Assembly: GCA_963822965.1 (NCBI GenBank) | Contig: CAWGJT010000001.1 | Location: forward strand, 64,001 to 128,000 | Origin: an uncultured delta proteobacterium | Lineage (GTDB): Bacteria > Myxococcota_A > UBA9160 > UBA4427 | DNA length: 64,000 nucleotides | Direction of reading: 5' to 3' | In this document: positions 52,906 through 64,000 of the stretch, in pieces | How positions within the stretch are numbered: position 1 is the stretch's first letter | Layout of the letters: the number at the start of each line of letters is the position of its first letter | The notes under the pieces: model-generated | What the model saw: the letters and a program-made list of their open reading frames with translations, nothing else | What the model was told of the DNA's origin: nothing | Database searches by the model: none | Translations under genes and position numbers: made by a program

Positions 52906-54792
52906 ATGGGGGCCGTCGACGGCGGTTCTTCCAGCTCATCGGCCGGCGCCAAGGCATCGAGCAAGCCCGTCAGTGAGGTCGAGCACGTCGCCATCCGCTT
53001 CGCGGGGGACTCGGGCGACGGCATGCAGATCACGGGCAGCAAGTTCACCGACACCACCGCCCTGTTCGGCAACGACGTCGCGACCTTCCCCGACTTCCCG
53101 GCCGAGATCCGCGCTCCCGCCGGCACCCTCGCCGGCGTGTCCGGCTACCAGGTCCACTTCGCCGCCGAGGACATCTTCACCCCGGCGGACCAGGTGGACC
53201 TCCTGGTGGCGTTCAATCCCGCCGCCCTGCGCGCGAACGTCGAAGACGTGCGTCCGAAGGGCATGGTGATCATCAACAGTGACTCCTTCAACAAGAAGTC
53301 GCTGCAGCGCGCGGGCTATGCGGACGACCCGCTGCCGGCGCTGCGCGAGCGCTTCGAGATCGTCGAGATCCCCGTCAGCACGCTCAACCGCGAGGCGTTG
53401 CACGGACTGTCCCTGTCGGCTCGCGAGGTCGACCGGTGCAAGAACTTCTTCGCCCTCGGGCTGCTCCTGTGGCTCTACCACCGGGATCTCGAGCCGACGC
53501 AGCGCTGGCTCGCGTCGAAGTTCAAGGGCGACGTGCTCGAGGCCAACGTCCGCACCTTGAAGGCGGGACACGCCTTCGGCGAGACGACGGAGCTGCTGCC
53601 CAAGTCCTACCTCGTCCCCGCCGCGAAGATCGAGCCGGGTCCCTACCGGAACATCACCGGCAACGAGGCGCTGGCCTGGGGGATCGTGGCGGCCGGGGTC
53701 CAGATGAACCGCCCGATCTTCCTGGGCGCCTATCCGATCACGCCCGCGAGCGACGTCCTGCATGAGGTGGCCCGTCATCGCCACTTCAACGTGAAGACCT
53801 TCCAGGCGGAGGACGAGATCGCCGCGGCGAGCTCCGCGGTGGGCGCGGCCTTCGCCGGCCACCTGGGGGTCACGGTGAGCAGCGGTCCGGGCTTCGTGCT
53901 GAAGCAGGAGGCGCTGGGTCTGGCCGTCATGGTGGAGCTGCCCCTGGTCGTGGTGGACGTGCAGCGCGCCGGGCCGGCCACCGGCTCGCCGACGAAGACC
54001 GAGCAGGGCGATCTGCTGGCGGCGCTGTGCGGGCGCCATTCCCAGTCTCCCCTGCCGATTCTCGCGCCGGCGACTCCGGGCGAGTGCTTCCACGTGATGC
54101 TCGAGGCGTTCCAGATCGCCGTGAAGTACATGACCCCGGTGGTGGTGCTGTCGGACGGCTACCTGGCCAACAGCGCGGAGCCCTGGCGGATCCCCGAGGT
54201 GGAGACCCTGCCCCGGACGTCGGTCCACTACGCCAGCCCCGAGGACGCCGAGGGCTTCGAGCCCTACCGGCGGGACGAGGAGACCCTGGCGCGCCCCTGG
54301 GCGATCCCCGGAACGCCCGGGCTCGAGCACCGCATCGGCGGCCTGACCAAGGCCCCGGTCACGGGAGACGTGGTCTACGACCCCGACAACCACGCTCAGA
54401 TGGTGGCCCTGCGCCAGCGCAAGATCGAGGGCATCACGCGGGACATCCGGGCCACCGAGGTGAACGGGCCGGACCGCGGGGAGCTGCTGGTCCTCGGCTG
54501 GGGGAGCACCCACGGCGCCATCACCGCGGCCGTCAAGGGCGCCCGGATGCGGGGGCTCGACGTATCCCACGCCCACCTGCGGCATCTGAACCCACTGCCG
54601 CCCGATCTCGGCGACCTGCTGCGGCGCTTCCGCCAGGTGCTGCTGCCCGAGCTCAACCTCGGGCAGCTCTCGATGCTCCTGCGCGCGAAGTACCTGATCG
54701 ACATCCAGTCCTTCACGAAAGTCGCCGGGCAGCCCTTCAAGGTGCACGAGCTGCAGGCGCGCATCGAGCAGATGCTCGAAGGAACGCAATAG
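52906..54792 (+). CDS. korA: 2-oxoacid:ferredoxin oxidoreductase alpha subunit (gamma-alpha fusion)
   Basis: FAGDSGDG, YPITPAS, QAEDEIAA, VQRAGP.TG.PTKTEQGD. Confidence 0.93.
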   Translation: MGAVDGGSSSSSAGAKASSKPVSEVEHVAIRFAGDSGDGMQITGSKFTDTTALFGNDVATFPDFPAEIRAPAGTLAGVSGYQVHFAAEDIFTPADQVDLLVAFNPAALRANVEDVRPKGMVIINSDSFNKKSLQRAGYADDPLPALRERFEIVEIPVSTLNREALHGLSLSAREVDRCKNFFALGLLLWLYHRDLEPTQRWLASKFKGDVLEANVRTLKAGHAFGETTELLPKSYLVPAAKIEPGPYRNITGNEALAWGIVAAGVQMNRPIFLGAYPITPASDVLHEVARHRHFNVKTFQAEDEIAAASSAVGAAFAGHLGVTVSSGPGFVLKQEALGLAVMVELPLVVVDVQRAGPATGSPTKTEQGDLLAALCGRHSQSPLPILAPATPGECFHVMLEAFQIAVKYMTPVVVLSDGYLANSAEPWRIPEVETLPRTSVHYASPEDAEGFEPYRRDEETLARPWAIPGTPGLEHRIGGLTKAPVTGDVVYDPDNHAQMVALRQRKIEGITRDIRATEVNGPDRGELLVLGWGSTHGAITAAVKGARMRGLDVSHAHLRHLNPLPPDLGDLLRRFRQVLLPELNLGQLSMLLRAKYLIDIQSFTKVAGQPFKVHELQARIEQMLEGTQ

Positions 54793-54875
54793 GCGTAGGT
54801 GTGGCCGAAGCCTCCGGTTTCGGCTGCCAGGAACACCAGAAGTTTCGGCCGCCCGGAACGCCAGGAGTAGAGAAC

Positions 54876-55898
54876 ATGGCTGCCGCCCCCGAGCTCTCGC
54901 GCAAGGACTTCGTCAGCGGCCAGGACGTGCGTTGGTGCCCCGGTTGTGGTGACTACTCGGTGCTCGCCAACGTCCAACGGGTGATGCCCGAGCTCGGCGT
55001 ACCCCGCGAGAACTTCGTCTTCGTGTCCGGCATCGGCTGCTCGAGCCGCTTCCCCTATTACATGAACACGTACGGATTCCACACGATCCACGGGCGAGCG
55101 CCGGCCTTCGCCACCGGCATCAAGGCCAGCCGGCCAGAGCTCTCCGTCTGGATCGTGACGGGGGACGGAGACGGCCTCTCGATCGGCGGGAACCACCTGC
55201 TCCACGCGATCCGCCGCAACCTCGACGTACAGATCCTGCTGTTCAACAACCGCGTCTACGGGCTCACCAAGGGCCAGTACTCGCCGACCTCGACCCTGGG
55301 CATGCGGACCAAGACCTCGCCCCAGGGATCGATCGACCATCCGGTCGATCCGATCACGTTCGCGCTGGGCTGCGGCGCCACCTTCGTCGCCCGCACGATC
55401 GACGTCGACGCCGCGCACATGCAGGACATGCTCCGACGCGCCCACGAGCACAAGGGGACGGCCTTCGTCGAGATCCTCCAGAACTGCCCGGTCTTCAACG
55501 ACCACACCTGGGAGGAGCTCGAGGACCGCAAGTCCCGTGGCGACACGGCTCTCGTGCTCGAGCACGGCAAGCCGCTGGTGTTCGGCGCGGCGGGCAAGCG
55601 GCGGGGCATCACCCTGCCCCACGGCGTCCCCCAGGTGATCGAGCTCGGCGACGAGGAGGACCCCGCGTCCCGCGGCGTGGTGGTGCACGACGAGAGTGCG
55701 CCGGTCTCCTACTCGTTCGCCCTGGCCTCTCTCGCCCGCCCCCACTTCCCCCTGCCCGTGGGCGTGCTGCGCGAGACCAGCAAGCCCTGCTACGAGCAGA
55801 TGCTCGAGCACGAGGTGCAGAGCGCGATCGAGCAACGCGGGGCCGGCGACCTGCGCACGCTGCTCCACTCGGGCGATACCTGGGACGTCACGGCCTGA
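54876..55898 (+). CDS. korB: 2-oxoacid:ferredoxin oxidoreductase beta subunit
   Basis: WCPGCGD, SGIGCSS, GDGD...NN..YGLTKGQ TPP motif. Confidence 0.94.
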   Translation: MAAAPELSRKDFVSGQDVRWCPGCGDYSVLANVQRVMPELGVPRENFVFVSGIGCSSRFPYYMNTYGFHTIHGRAPAFATGIKASRPELSVWIVTGDGDGLSIGGNHLLHAIRRNLDVQILLFNNRVYGLTKGQYSPTSTLGMRTKTSPQGSIDHPVDPITFALGCGATFVARTIDVDAAHMQDMLRRAHEHKGTAFVEILQNCPVFNDHTWEELEDRKSRGDTALVLEHGKPLVFGAAGKRRGITLPHGVPQVIELGDEEDPASRGVVVHDESAPVSYSFALASLARPHFPLPVGVLRETSKPCYEQMLEHEVQSAIEQRGAGDLRTLLHSGDTWDVTA

Positions 55899-56073
55899 GC
55901 GAGGCACGGGGAGTGCGCCGCCGCGCGGGCTCCCCCGTTCGAGGCGGCACCCGCCCGGTCCTGCCGTTCGTCACCTTCCCCGTCCTGATGGGCGGCTTCG
56001 TGGCGCTGGCGGTCTGGGGACCCGCCCGTCCTGGAACGACATGGGCCACGGCCTGCTGCCCGGATTCGCCGGC

Positions 56074-56952
56074 TCAGCCCGCAACCTGGGGCGCGTGCTT
56101 GGCGAGGGTCTCGCCGATGGCGCCGGGGCTCATGGAGACCGCGACCCCGCACCGCTCGAGGGCCGCGATCTTGTCGCTGGCCGCGCCCTTGCCCCCTGCG
56201 ATGATCGCGCCGGCATGCCCCATCCGCTTGCCCTTGGGCGCGCGCTGCCCGGCGATGAAGGCGGCCACCGGCTTCGTCATCTCGGACTGGATGAACTCGG
56301 CGGCCTGCTCCTCGGCGCTGCCCCCGATCTCGCCGATCATCACGACCGCCTTCGTATCCGGGTCCGCCTCGAAGAGGGTCAACGCGTCGATGAAGTTCGT
56401 CCCGATGATCGGATCGCCGCCGATGCCCAGACAGGTGGACTGGCCGATTCCCAGCCGCGAGAGCTGGTCGACGGCCTCGTAGGTGAGCGTGCCCGAGCGC
56501 GACACCACGCCCACGGGCCCGGGCCTCGTGATCTGCGCGGGCATGATGCCGATGCGGCACTGCTCCGGCGTCACCACGCCCGGACAGTTGGGACCGATCA
56601 GGCGCATGGAGAACGCGGACAGGGCGCGTTTGGCGCGCGCCATGTCGATCACCGGAATCCCTTCGGTGACGCAGATGGCCAGCTCGATGCCGGCGTCCGC
56701 CGCCTCCAGGATCGCGTCGGCAGCCCCGGGCGGCGGAACGAAGATCACGGAGGCGTCCGCGCCCGTGTCCCGCACCGCCTGCTCCACCGTGTCGTAGACC
56801 GGGAGCTCGGCGATCGTGCTGCCCCCGCGACCGGGGGCGACGCCGCCCACCACCTGGGTGCCGTACTCGCGCGAGAGATTGGCGTGGAACTGCCCCATCC
56901 GGCCCAGGCCCTGGACGAGCAGCTTGGTGTTCTTGTCGCACAGGATCGCCAC
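56074..56952 (-). CDS. sucD: Succinyl-CoA synthetase alpha subunit
   Basis: [30 protein letters not shown]. Confidence 0.97.
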   Translation of the reverse strand: MAILCDKNTKLLVQGLGRMGQFHANLSREYGTQVVGGVAPGRGGSTIAELPVYDTVEQAVRDTGADASVIFVPPPGAADAILEAADAGIELAICVTEGIPVIDMARAKRALSAFSMRLIGPNCPGVVTPEQCRIGIMPAQITRPGPVGVVSRSGTLTYEAVDQLSRLGIGQSTCLGIGGDPIIGTNFIDALTLFEADPDTKAVVMIGEIGGSAEEQAAEFIQSEMTKPVAAFIAGQRAPKGKRMGHAGAIIAGGKGAASDKIAALERCGVAVSMSPGAIGETLAKHAPQVAG

Positions 56953-56964
56953 GAGTCGCTCCTC

Positions 56965-58131
56965 CTACCTGCCGCTCGCGGCGGCGACGACCTTCTCTCC
57001 CGCCTCCGCCAGGGTTTCCGCGGGGATCAGCGCGAGGCCGGATTCCTCGAGGATCTTGCGGCCCTCGGCGGCGTTGGTGCCCTGCAGCCGCACCACCACC
57101 GGAACGTCGACCGAGAGCTCCTGGGCCGCCGCCACCACGCCCTGGGCGATCAGATCGCAGCGCACGATGCCGCCGAAGATGTTCACCAGGATCGCCTTCA
57201 CCTGCTCGTCCTGCAGGATGAGCTTGAAGGCCGCTTTGACCTGCTCCTCCTGTACGCCGCCGCCGGCGTCCAGGAAGTTCGCCGGCGAGCCGCCACAGTG
57301 GGAGATCATGTCGAGGGTGGCCATCGCGAGCCCGGCCCCATTCACCATGCAGCCGATGTTCCCGTCGAGCCCGACGTAGGACAGCTCGATCTCCCGCGCG
57401 GCGCGCTCGCGGGGGTCCTCTTCCTCGGCATCGCGCAGGGCCGCGATGTCCGGATGCCGGTAGAGGGCGTTGTCGTCGAAGCCGAGCTTTCCGTCGAGCG
57501 CGAAGAGCTTCCCGTCCTCGCTCACCACCAGCGGGTTGATCTCCACCTGCGTGCAGTCCTTCTCCATGTAGAGATCGAAGAGACCCCGAACGAAGGACAC
57601 GAAGGCGGGAATCTGATCCACTTCGAGGCCGAGGCCGAAGCCCAGCTTGCGCGCCTGGAAGTCCTGCAGGCCCGCGTTCGGATCGACGAGCACGGTGAGG
57701 ATCTTCTCGGGCGTCTCGGCGGCCACCACCTCGATCTCCATGCCGCCCTCGGTGGAGGCCACGACCGCGAACTTCTCCGCCGCGCGATCCAGCAGGATCG
57801 CCAGGTAGAGCTCCCGCGCGATCTTCGAGCCGGCCTCCACGTAGACCTTGCGGACGAGCTTGCCCTCGGGCGGGGTCTGGGGCGTGTGGAGCGTCATGCC
57901 CAGGATCTCGCTCGCGGCCTTCTCGGCCTCGGCCGGGGACTTCGCGAGCTTCACCCCGCCGGCCTTGCCGCGGCCCCCCGCGTGCACCTGCGCCTTCACG
58001 ACGACGACGTCGGTGCCGAGCTTGCGAGCCACCTGGGCGGCCTCCGCGGGGGTGGTTGCCAGCTCGCCCGCGGGCACGGGCACGCCGTAGTCGCGGAAGA
58101 GCGCCTTCGCCTGGTACTCGTGGACGTTCAC
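56965..58131 (-). CDS. sucC: Succinyl-CoA synthetase beta subunit
   Basis: HEYQAK, KAQVHAGGRGKAGG, NGAGLAMAT, NIFGGI. Confidence 0.97.
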   Translation of the reverse strand: MNVHEYQAKALFRDYGVPVPAGELATTPAEAAQVARKLGTDVVVVKAQVHAGGRGKAGGVKLAKSPAEAEKAASEILGMTLHTPQTPPEGKLVRKVYVEAGSKIARELYLAILLDRAAEKFAVVASTEGGMEIEVVAAETPEKILTVLVDPNAGLQDFQARKLGFGLGLEVDQIPAFVSFVRGLFDLYMEKDCTQVEINPLVVSEDGKLFALDGKLGFDDNALYRHPDIAALRDAEEEDPRERAAREIELSYVGLDGNIGCMVNGAGLAMATLDMISHCGGSPANFLDAGGGVQEEQVKAAFKLILQDEQVKAILVNIFGGIVRCDLIAQGVVAAAQELSVDVPVVVRLQGTNAAEGRKILEESGLALIPAETLAEAGEKVVAAASGR

Positions 58132-58134
58132 CGG

Positions 58135-59178
<1,044 letters not shown>

Positions 59179-60402
59179 TCAGCTCATGTTCCCGATGATC
59201 GCGTCACCGAACTCCGAGCACTTGAGGAGGGTCGCGCCCTCCATCAGGCGCTCGAAGTCGTAGGTGACCGTCTTTCCGGAGATCGATCGGGAGATGCCCT
59301 TCTCGATCAGGTCCGCGGCCTCCTGCCAGCCGAGGTGCGTCAGCATCATCACGCCGGAGAGGATCACGGAGCTCGGATTCACCTTGTCGAGCCCGGCGTA
59401 CTTCGGCGCCGTGCCGTGGGTGGCCTCGAAGATGCCGTGTCCCGTCTCGTAGTTGATGTTGGCGCCCGGCGCGATGCCGATCCCGCCCACCTGGGCGGCC
59501 AGCGCGTCGGACAGGTAGTCGCCGTTGAGGTTCAGGGTGGCGATCACGTCGAACTCCTTCGGGCGCGTCAGCACCTGCTGGAGCGTGATGTCGGCGATCG
59601 CGTCCTTCACGAGGACCTGGCCCGCGGGCGGCTGGCCGCCGCACTCGTCCCAGCCGATGGCCTGCCCGGCGAACTCGCGCTTCGCGAGCGCGTAGCCCCA
59701 GTCCCGGAAGGCCCCCTCGGTGAACTTCATGATGTTGCCCTTGTGGACGAGGGTGACCGTGGGCCGCTTGCGCTCGATCGCGTAGTGGATCGCCGCCCGC
59801 ACCAGGCGTTCGGTGCCCTCGCGCGAGACGGGCTTGATGCCGATGCCCGACGTCTTCGGGAAGCGGATCTTGTCGACCCCCATCTCGTCGATCAGGAAGG
59901 CGATGAGCTTCTTCGCCTCGGGGGTCTCGGCCGCCCACTCGATGCCCGCGTAGATGTCCTCCGAGTTCTCCCGGAAGATCACCATGTCCACGTCCTGGGG
60001 CCGCTTGACGGGGCTCGGCACGCCCTCGTACCAGCGCACCGGCCGCAGGCAGACGTAGAGGTCGAGGATCTGCCGCAGGGCCACGTTGAGGCTGCGGATG
60101 CCGCCGCCCACGGGCGTGGTGAGGGGCCCCTTGATGCCCACCAGGTAGTCGCGGAAGGCCTGCAGGGTGGCTTCGGGCAGCCACTCCCCCGTCTCGTCGA
60201 AGGCCTTCTGCCCGGCGAGCACCTCCTTCCAGGCGATCTTGCGCTTGCCCCCGTAGGCCTTCTCGACCGCGGCGTCGAAGACCCGCACCGAGGCGGCCCA
60301 GATGTCGGGGCCCGTCCCATCGCCCTCGATGTAGGGAATGATCGGGTGATCGGGGACGTCGAGGGCCCCGGAGCCTCCTGTGATCTTCTGTGCTTCGGTC
60401 AT
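59179..60402 (-). CDS. icd: NADP-dependent isocitrate dehydrogenase
   Basis: [42 protein letters not shown]. Confidence 0.97.
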   Translation of the reverse strand: MTEAQKITGGSGALDVPDHPIIPYIEGDGTGPDIWAASVRVFDAAVEKAYGGKRKIAWKEVLAGQKAFDETGEWLPEATLQAFRDYLVGIKGPLTTPVGGGIRSLNVALRQILDLYVCLRPVRWYEGVPSPVKRPQDVDMVIFRENSEDIYAGIEWAAETPEAKKLIAFLIDEMGVDKIRFPKTSGIGIKPVSREGTERLVRAAIHYAIERKRPTVTLVHKGNIMKFTEGAFRDWGYALAKREFAGQAIGWDECGGQPPAGQVLVKDAIADITLQQVLTRPKEFDVIATLNLNGDYLSDALAAQVGGIGIAPGANINYETGHGIFEATHGTAPKYAGLDKVNPSSVILSGVMMLTHLGWQEAADLIEKGISRSISGKTVTYDFERLMEGATLLKCSEFGDAIIGNMS

Positions 60403-60568
60403 GCGGATCCCCCGATGGGCTTCCCTTCTGGTTGTCGGCTCGGCGCGCGGGAGCGGATCGGTGGGCCGCGGCCGCGCCCCCGGACGACCCCCTCGTCCGG
60501 TCCCAGGGTTTACGGAATCGAAGGCCCGCCGTCGACCGATCCGCCCCGATCGGAGCCGGCCGCCCGGG

Positions 60569-62407
60569 TCATTCCGGCCCGCCGGGCCCCCTCGTCTCGC
60601 CCTTGCGCGTGGGACGGATGCGGATGGCGAGCTCCTCCAGCTGCTCCGGCGCCACGGTCGAAGGCGCCTCGAGGAGCAGGTCCTGGCCCCGCTGGGTCTT
60701 CGGGAACGCAACCACGTCCCGCATGTTCTCGCTGCCGATCAGGACCATCACCCAGCGCTCGACGCCGAACGCGAAGCCGCCGTGGGGCGGTGCGCCCGTG
60801 TCGAGGCTGCGCAGCATGAAGCCGAAGGCGTGCTCCTGCTGCTCGGGGGAGTAGCCCAGGATCTCGAGGATCCGGCGCTGTACGTCCACGCGATGGTTAC
60901 GCAGGGACCCCGAGCCGAGCTCGACGCCGTTGACCACCACGTCGTAGTGGCTGCCGCGCACCTTCTCGGGGGCGGTCTCGAGCATCGGCAGGTCCTCTTC
61001 GAGGGGCGCCACGAAGGGCATGTGCATGTGGGTGAGACCGCCCTTCTCGTCGCGCTCGAAGAGCGGGAAGTCCACCACCAGGAGGGCGTCCCAGGCGCGA
61101 CCGTCGGTGCGCCCCAGGCGGCGGCCGAGATCGACCCGCAGGCGCGCCAGGATCATGTTCGCGCGCTCGGGGGCGTCGGCCTGGAAGAAGATGAGCGAAG
61201 CCGCTTCCGCGCCGGTGCGCTCGGCGATCCGCTTCTTCTCGTCGTCGGAGAGGAACTTCACGATCGGCGACTGCCACTCGCCGTCGGCCTTGATCCGGAT
61301 CCAGCCCAGCCCCTTGCCCCCGAGCTCCTTCTTGACGAAGGATTCCAGGCGGTCGATCTCGCTCCGCGACAGCTCGTCCGCGTCCGGGATGTGGAGGCAC
61401 TTGACGATGCCGCCGGCGTCGACGGCGCCGCGGAAGGCCTTGAAGCCGCTCTCCGCGAAGACGTCGGTCAGCTCGGTCAGCTCGAGCAGGATTCGCGTAT
61501 CGGGCCGATCGATGCCGTAGCGCGCCATCGCTTCCGCGTACGAGATGCGCCGGAAGGGGCGTTCGAGGTCGACCCCGATGGTCTCCCGGGTGCCGCGCAC
61601 CGTCACCTCTTCCAGGATCGCGAGCACGTCCTCGACCCCGACGAACGACATCTCGAGGTCGATCTGGCTGAACTCCAGCTGCCGATCGGCGCGTTGGTCC
61701 TCGTCGCGGAAGCAACGCGCGACCTGGAAGTAGCGGTCGAAGCCGGCGACCATCAGCAGCTGCTTCAGGATCTGCGGCGACTGCGGCAGGGCGTAGAACT
61801 CGCCCGGCTGCAGCCGGCTCGGCACCAGGAAGTCGCGGGCGCCTTCGGGGGTCGCGCGCGCGAGCATCGGCGTATCGATCTCGAGGAAGCCGTGCTCGCT
61901 GAGCGTGCGGCGCGCCGACTGGTAGAGCTGGTGGCGTACGCCGAGGGCGCGCTGCAGGGGGGGCCGGCGCAGATCGTGGATGCGGTGGCGGAGGCGCACC
62001 GCCTCGTCGACCCCGGTCTCCTCCTCGATGGGAAACGGCGCGGGCGTGGCGGTGTTGAGCAGACACAGCTCGTGGACCTCGACCTCCACCTCGCCGGTCG
62101 GCATCTTCGGATTGACGGTGTCCTGGGAGCGCCGCGTGACCCGGCCGCGGACCAGGATCACCCACTCGCCCCGCAGATCGCCTGCGCGCTCGTGGGCCTG
62201 CGCGGCCACTTCGGGCTTGAAGACGACCTGCACGATCCCCTGGCGGTCGCGCAGGTCGATGAAGATCACCCCACCGTGGTCGCGGCGCCGGTGCACCCAG
62301 CCCGCGAGCACGACCTCCTCACCGACGAGAGAAGACGTGACGGCGCCGCACGCGTGCGTGCGGCGAAGCGTTCCCATCCCGTCGAGCGCGGGGCCCGTCC
62401 TGCTCAC
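60569..62407 (-). CDS. aspS: Aspartate--tRNA ligase (start 62377 or 62407)
   Basis: [52 protein letters not shown]. Confidence 0.96.
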   Translation of the reverse strand: MSRTGPALDGMGTLRRTHACGAVTSSLVGEEVVLAGWVHRRRDHGGVIFIDLRDRQGIVQVVFKPEVAAQAHERAGDLRGEWVILVRGRVTRRSQDTVNPKMPTGEVEVEVHELCLLNTATPAPFPIEEETGVDEAVRLRHRIHDLRRPPLQRALGVRHQLYQSARRTLSEHGFLEIDTPMLARATPEGARDFLVPSRLQPGEFYALPQSPQILKQLLMVAGFDRYFQVARCFRDEDQRADRQLEFSQIDLEMSFVGVEDVLAILEEVTVRGTRETIGVDLERPFRRISYAEAMARYGIDRPDTRILLELTELTDVFAESGFKAFRGAVDAGGIVKCLHIPDADELSRSEIDRLESFVKKELGGKGLGWIRIKADGEWQSPIVKFLSDDEKKRIAERTGAEAASLIFFQADAPERANMILARLRVDLGRRLGRTDGRAWDALLVVDFPLFERDEKGGLTHMHMPFVAPLEEDLPMLETAPEKVRGSHYDVVVNGVELGSGSLRNHRVDVQRRILEILGYSPEQQEHAFGFMLRSLDTGAPPHGGFAFGVERWVMVLIGSENMRDVVAFPKTQRGQDLLLEAPSTVAPEQLEELAIRIRPTRKGETRGPGGPE

Positions 62408-62687
62408 CAAACCCTCCGACCGTTCCGTTGCGACGAGCCCGCCGCGGACCCCTCTCCCGGCTCCTTGCCGGACGGGTGTGAGCCGCGGCGAGTCGTGCAG
62501 GCGGGGCAACGTGGCTGGGAAGTCCCGGACGCGTTCCCGGGAAGCCCGGGGAAGTTCCGGCAAAAGCCGAGCGAAAACGAACGGTTGGATAGCGAGGGGC
62601 CGGTCGCGTGTCAAACCCGCCCGCGGAGCGCCCGGAGGGCGCGCCGACCGGGGCTGGAGGTCGCTCGGCGAGGCCGAGGGGCCGGCG

Positions 62688-64000
62688 TCACAGGTCCGAC
62701 GCCGAGCAAACGCGGTTCCGCCCCAGCGACTTGGAGCGGTACATCGCCTTGTCGGCCACGTCGAGCAGGGAGTCGCGCTCTCTCGCGTGCTCGGGGAAGG
62801 TGGCGACACCGATCGAGATGGTGAGCTTCAGGTGGCTCTCGCCGCCGGCCTCGAACACGTACTCCTCGACCGTCCGCCGGATGCGCTCGGCGATGGCGAG
62901 CGCCGCCTCGTGGGGCGTATCCACCAGCAGGATCGTGAACTCGTCGCCGCCGTAGCGAGCCAGGGTGTCGACCTGGCGGACGCACTGCAGCAGCAGCTGG
63001 CTCAGCTTGCGCAGGGTCTGGGAGCCCACCAGGTGCCCGTAGCGATCGTTCACGAGCTTGAAACGGTCGAGGTCCAGGAAGAGGACCGAGAGCGGATTCT
63101 CGTAGCGGTCCGCCCGCCGGATCTCGTTCTCCGTCGTCGAGAGCAGGTAGCGGACGTTGTAGATCTCGGTGACGTCGTCGATGAACGCCCGGTCCTTGGC
63201 GTTCTGGTAGCGCTCGGCGTTGCGGAGGGCCGCGAGCGCGTGCTCGGAGACGATCTCCGCCTGCTCCACCTCCGCGTCCACGAAGGGCCGGCCGTCGTCG
63301 AAGATCCACAGCACGCCGGCCTCGTCGCCGTCGCCCCGGATGGGAACCGAGAGGAGGCCTCCCAGGGTCACGCCGGCGTCGCGCAGGGCCGCATGCAGCG
63401 GGCCTCCTTCCACCCGGTCCACGCCGTGGAAGCGCGCCGGATCGACGGGCTTCTGCTCCGTCAGCACCGCGTGGATCCGGCCCGACTCGTCCTCCGAGAA
63501 GCCCCGGAAGGCCAGGGCCTGACCGAGCGGGGACGGGCGGCGGAAGAGCGCGATGCCCCGGTAGCGATGGAGCAGCTCGAGCAGCAGGCCGAGGGCGGTG
63601 GGGTAGACCTCGCCGGGATCGAGGCACGGCGCCAGTTCGCGACAGCGGTCGGTCGTGCGCATGCGGGCGGTGAGCTCGCGGTTCTCGGCCAACAGGTGTC
63701 GCCGCTCGAGCACGCGTTCGACGGCCTGCCGCAGCTCGAGCGCCGCAGCCGGACGAACGAGCACGAAGGCCGCCGCCGGGTCGGCGGCGCGCAGGTCGTC
63801 CGCGGCGGTCTCGGAGGCCAGCAGCACCACGTCCACCGACGGATGCTCCCGGTGCATGCGTTCGACGAGTCGTGTGCCGGAGCCGGCCTCGTCTCCGGTT
63901 CCCCAGACCACGGCGTCGACCGGGCCTTGCTCGAGTGCCTCGAGGGCGCCGGCGGGCGTGTCGCAGGTCTCGAGGCGCGCCACTCCCGAGAGCACCTGCT
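62688..64000 (-). CDS. Diguanylate cyclase (degenerate REC, GAF-like, GGDEF); 5' end outside the window
   Basis: FLDLDRFKLVNDRYGH..G, RQVD I-site and intact GGDEF. Confidence 0.92.
   Translation of the reverse strand, partial: QVLSGVARLETCDTPAGALEALEQGPVDAVVWGTGDEAGSGTRLVERMHREHPSVDVVLLASETAADDLRAADPAAAFVLVRPAAALELRQAVERVLERRHLLAENRELTARMRTTDRCRELAPCLDPGEVYPTALGLLLELLHRYRGIALFRRPSPLGQALAFRGFSEDESGRIHAVLTEQKPVDPARFHGVDRVEGGPLHAALRDAGVTLGGLLSVPIRGDGDEAGVLWIFDDGRPFVDAEVEQAEIVSEHALAALRNAERYQNAKDRAFIDDVTEIYNVRYLLSTTENEIRRADRYENPLSVLFLDLDRFKLVNDRYGHLVGSQTLRKLSQLLLQCVRQVDTLARYGGDEFTILLVDTPHEAALAIAERIRRTVEEYVFEAGGESHLKLTISIGVATFPEHARERDSLLDVADKAMYRSKSLGRNRVCSASDL

Noticed and set aside
60569..62407. 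Firm call of non-discriminating AspRS
   Set aside because: The RRDHGG His is suggestive, but the second determinant is unclear and gatCAB/asnS status cannot be seen in this window

Overview
High-GC bacterial chromosomal segment; gene order and protein style point to a Myxococcota/Deltaproteobacteria-like organism (inference). It is mostly core genome, read mainly on the minus strand. From left to right: lnt-ybeY-phoH preceded by a TPR/Zn-ribbon membrane protein and a DUF4388 protein; rpsT, holA and lptE; a complete 13-gene chemosensory cluster (DUF4388-GAF, CheY, CheA, two CheW, two very long multi-TM MCPs, Zn-ribbon-REC, HEAT-repeat protein, CheR, CheB, coiled-coil-GAF, CheY); a reduced yceD-rpmF-fabD-acpP-glyA-nrdR-ribD(frameshifted)-ribH-nusB string; gltX; a type IVa pilin cassette (two pilins, pilG/H/I-like genes, pilD) with a clear sigma54 promoter, lying between tRNA-Gln(CTG) and tRNA-Glu(CTC); a 5.5 x 68-bp hairpin array right after the tRNA-Glu CCA, followed by a DEDDh exonuclease; a probably sigma54-driven pair of ECF sigma factors with a small protein, an ICMT-type methyltransferase and a kinase-like gene; PilZ; ppdK; alpha2-type GlyRS; recO; rodZ-like and tgl/pilF-like genes; korAB; icd-mdh-sucCD; aspS; and a diguanylate cyclase. 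No CRISPR array, prophage, transposase or integrase was recognised. The best novelty candidates are the tRNA-linked structured repeats (with the adjacent nuclease), the chemosensory system with its unassigned sensor and accessory domains, and the sigma54-to-double-ECF cascade. All calls come from reading motifs; no searches were run.
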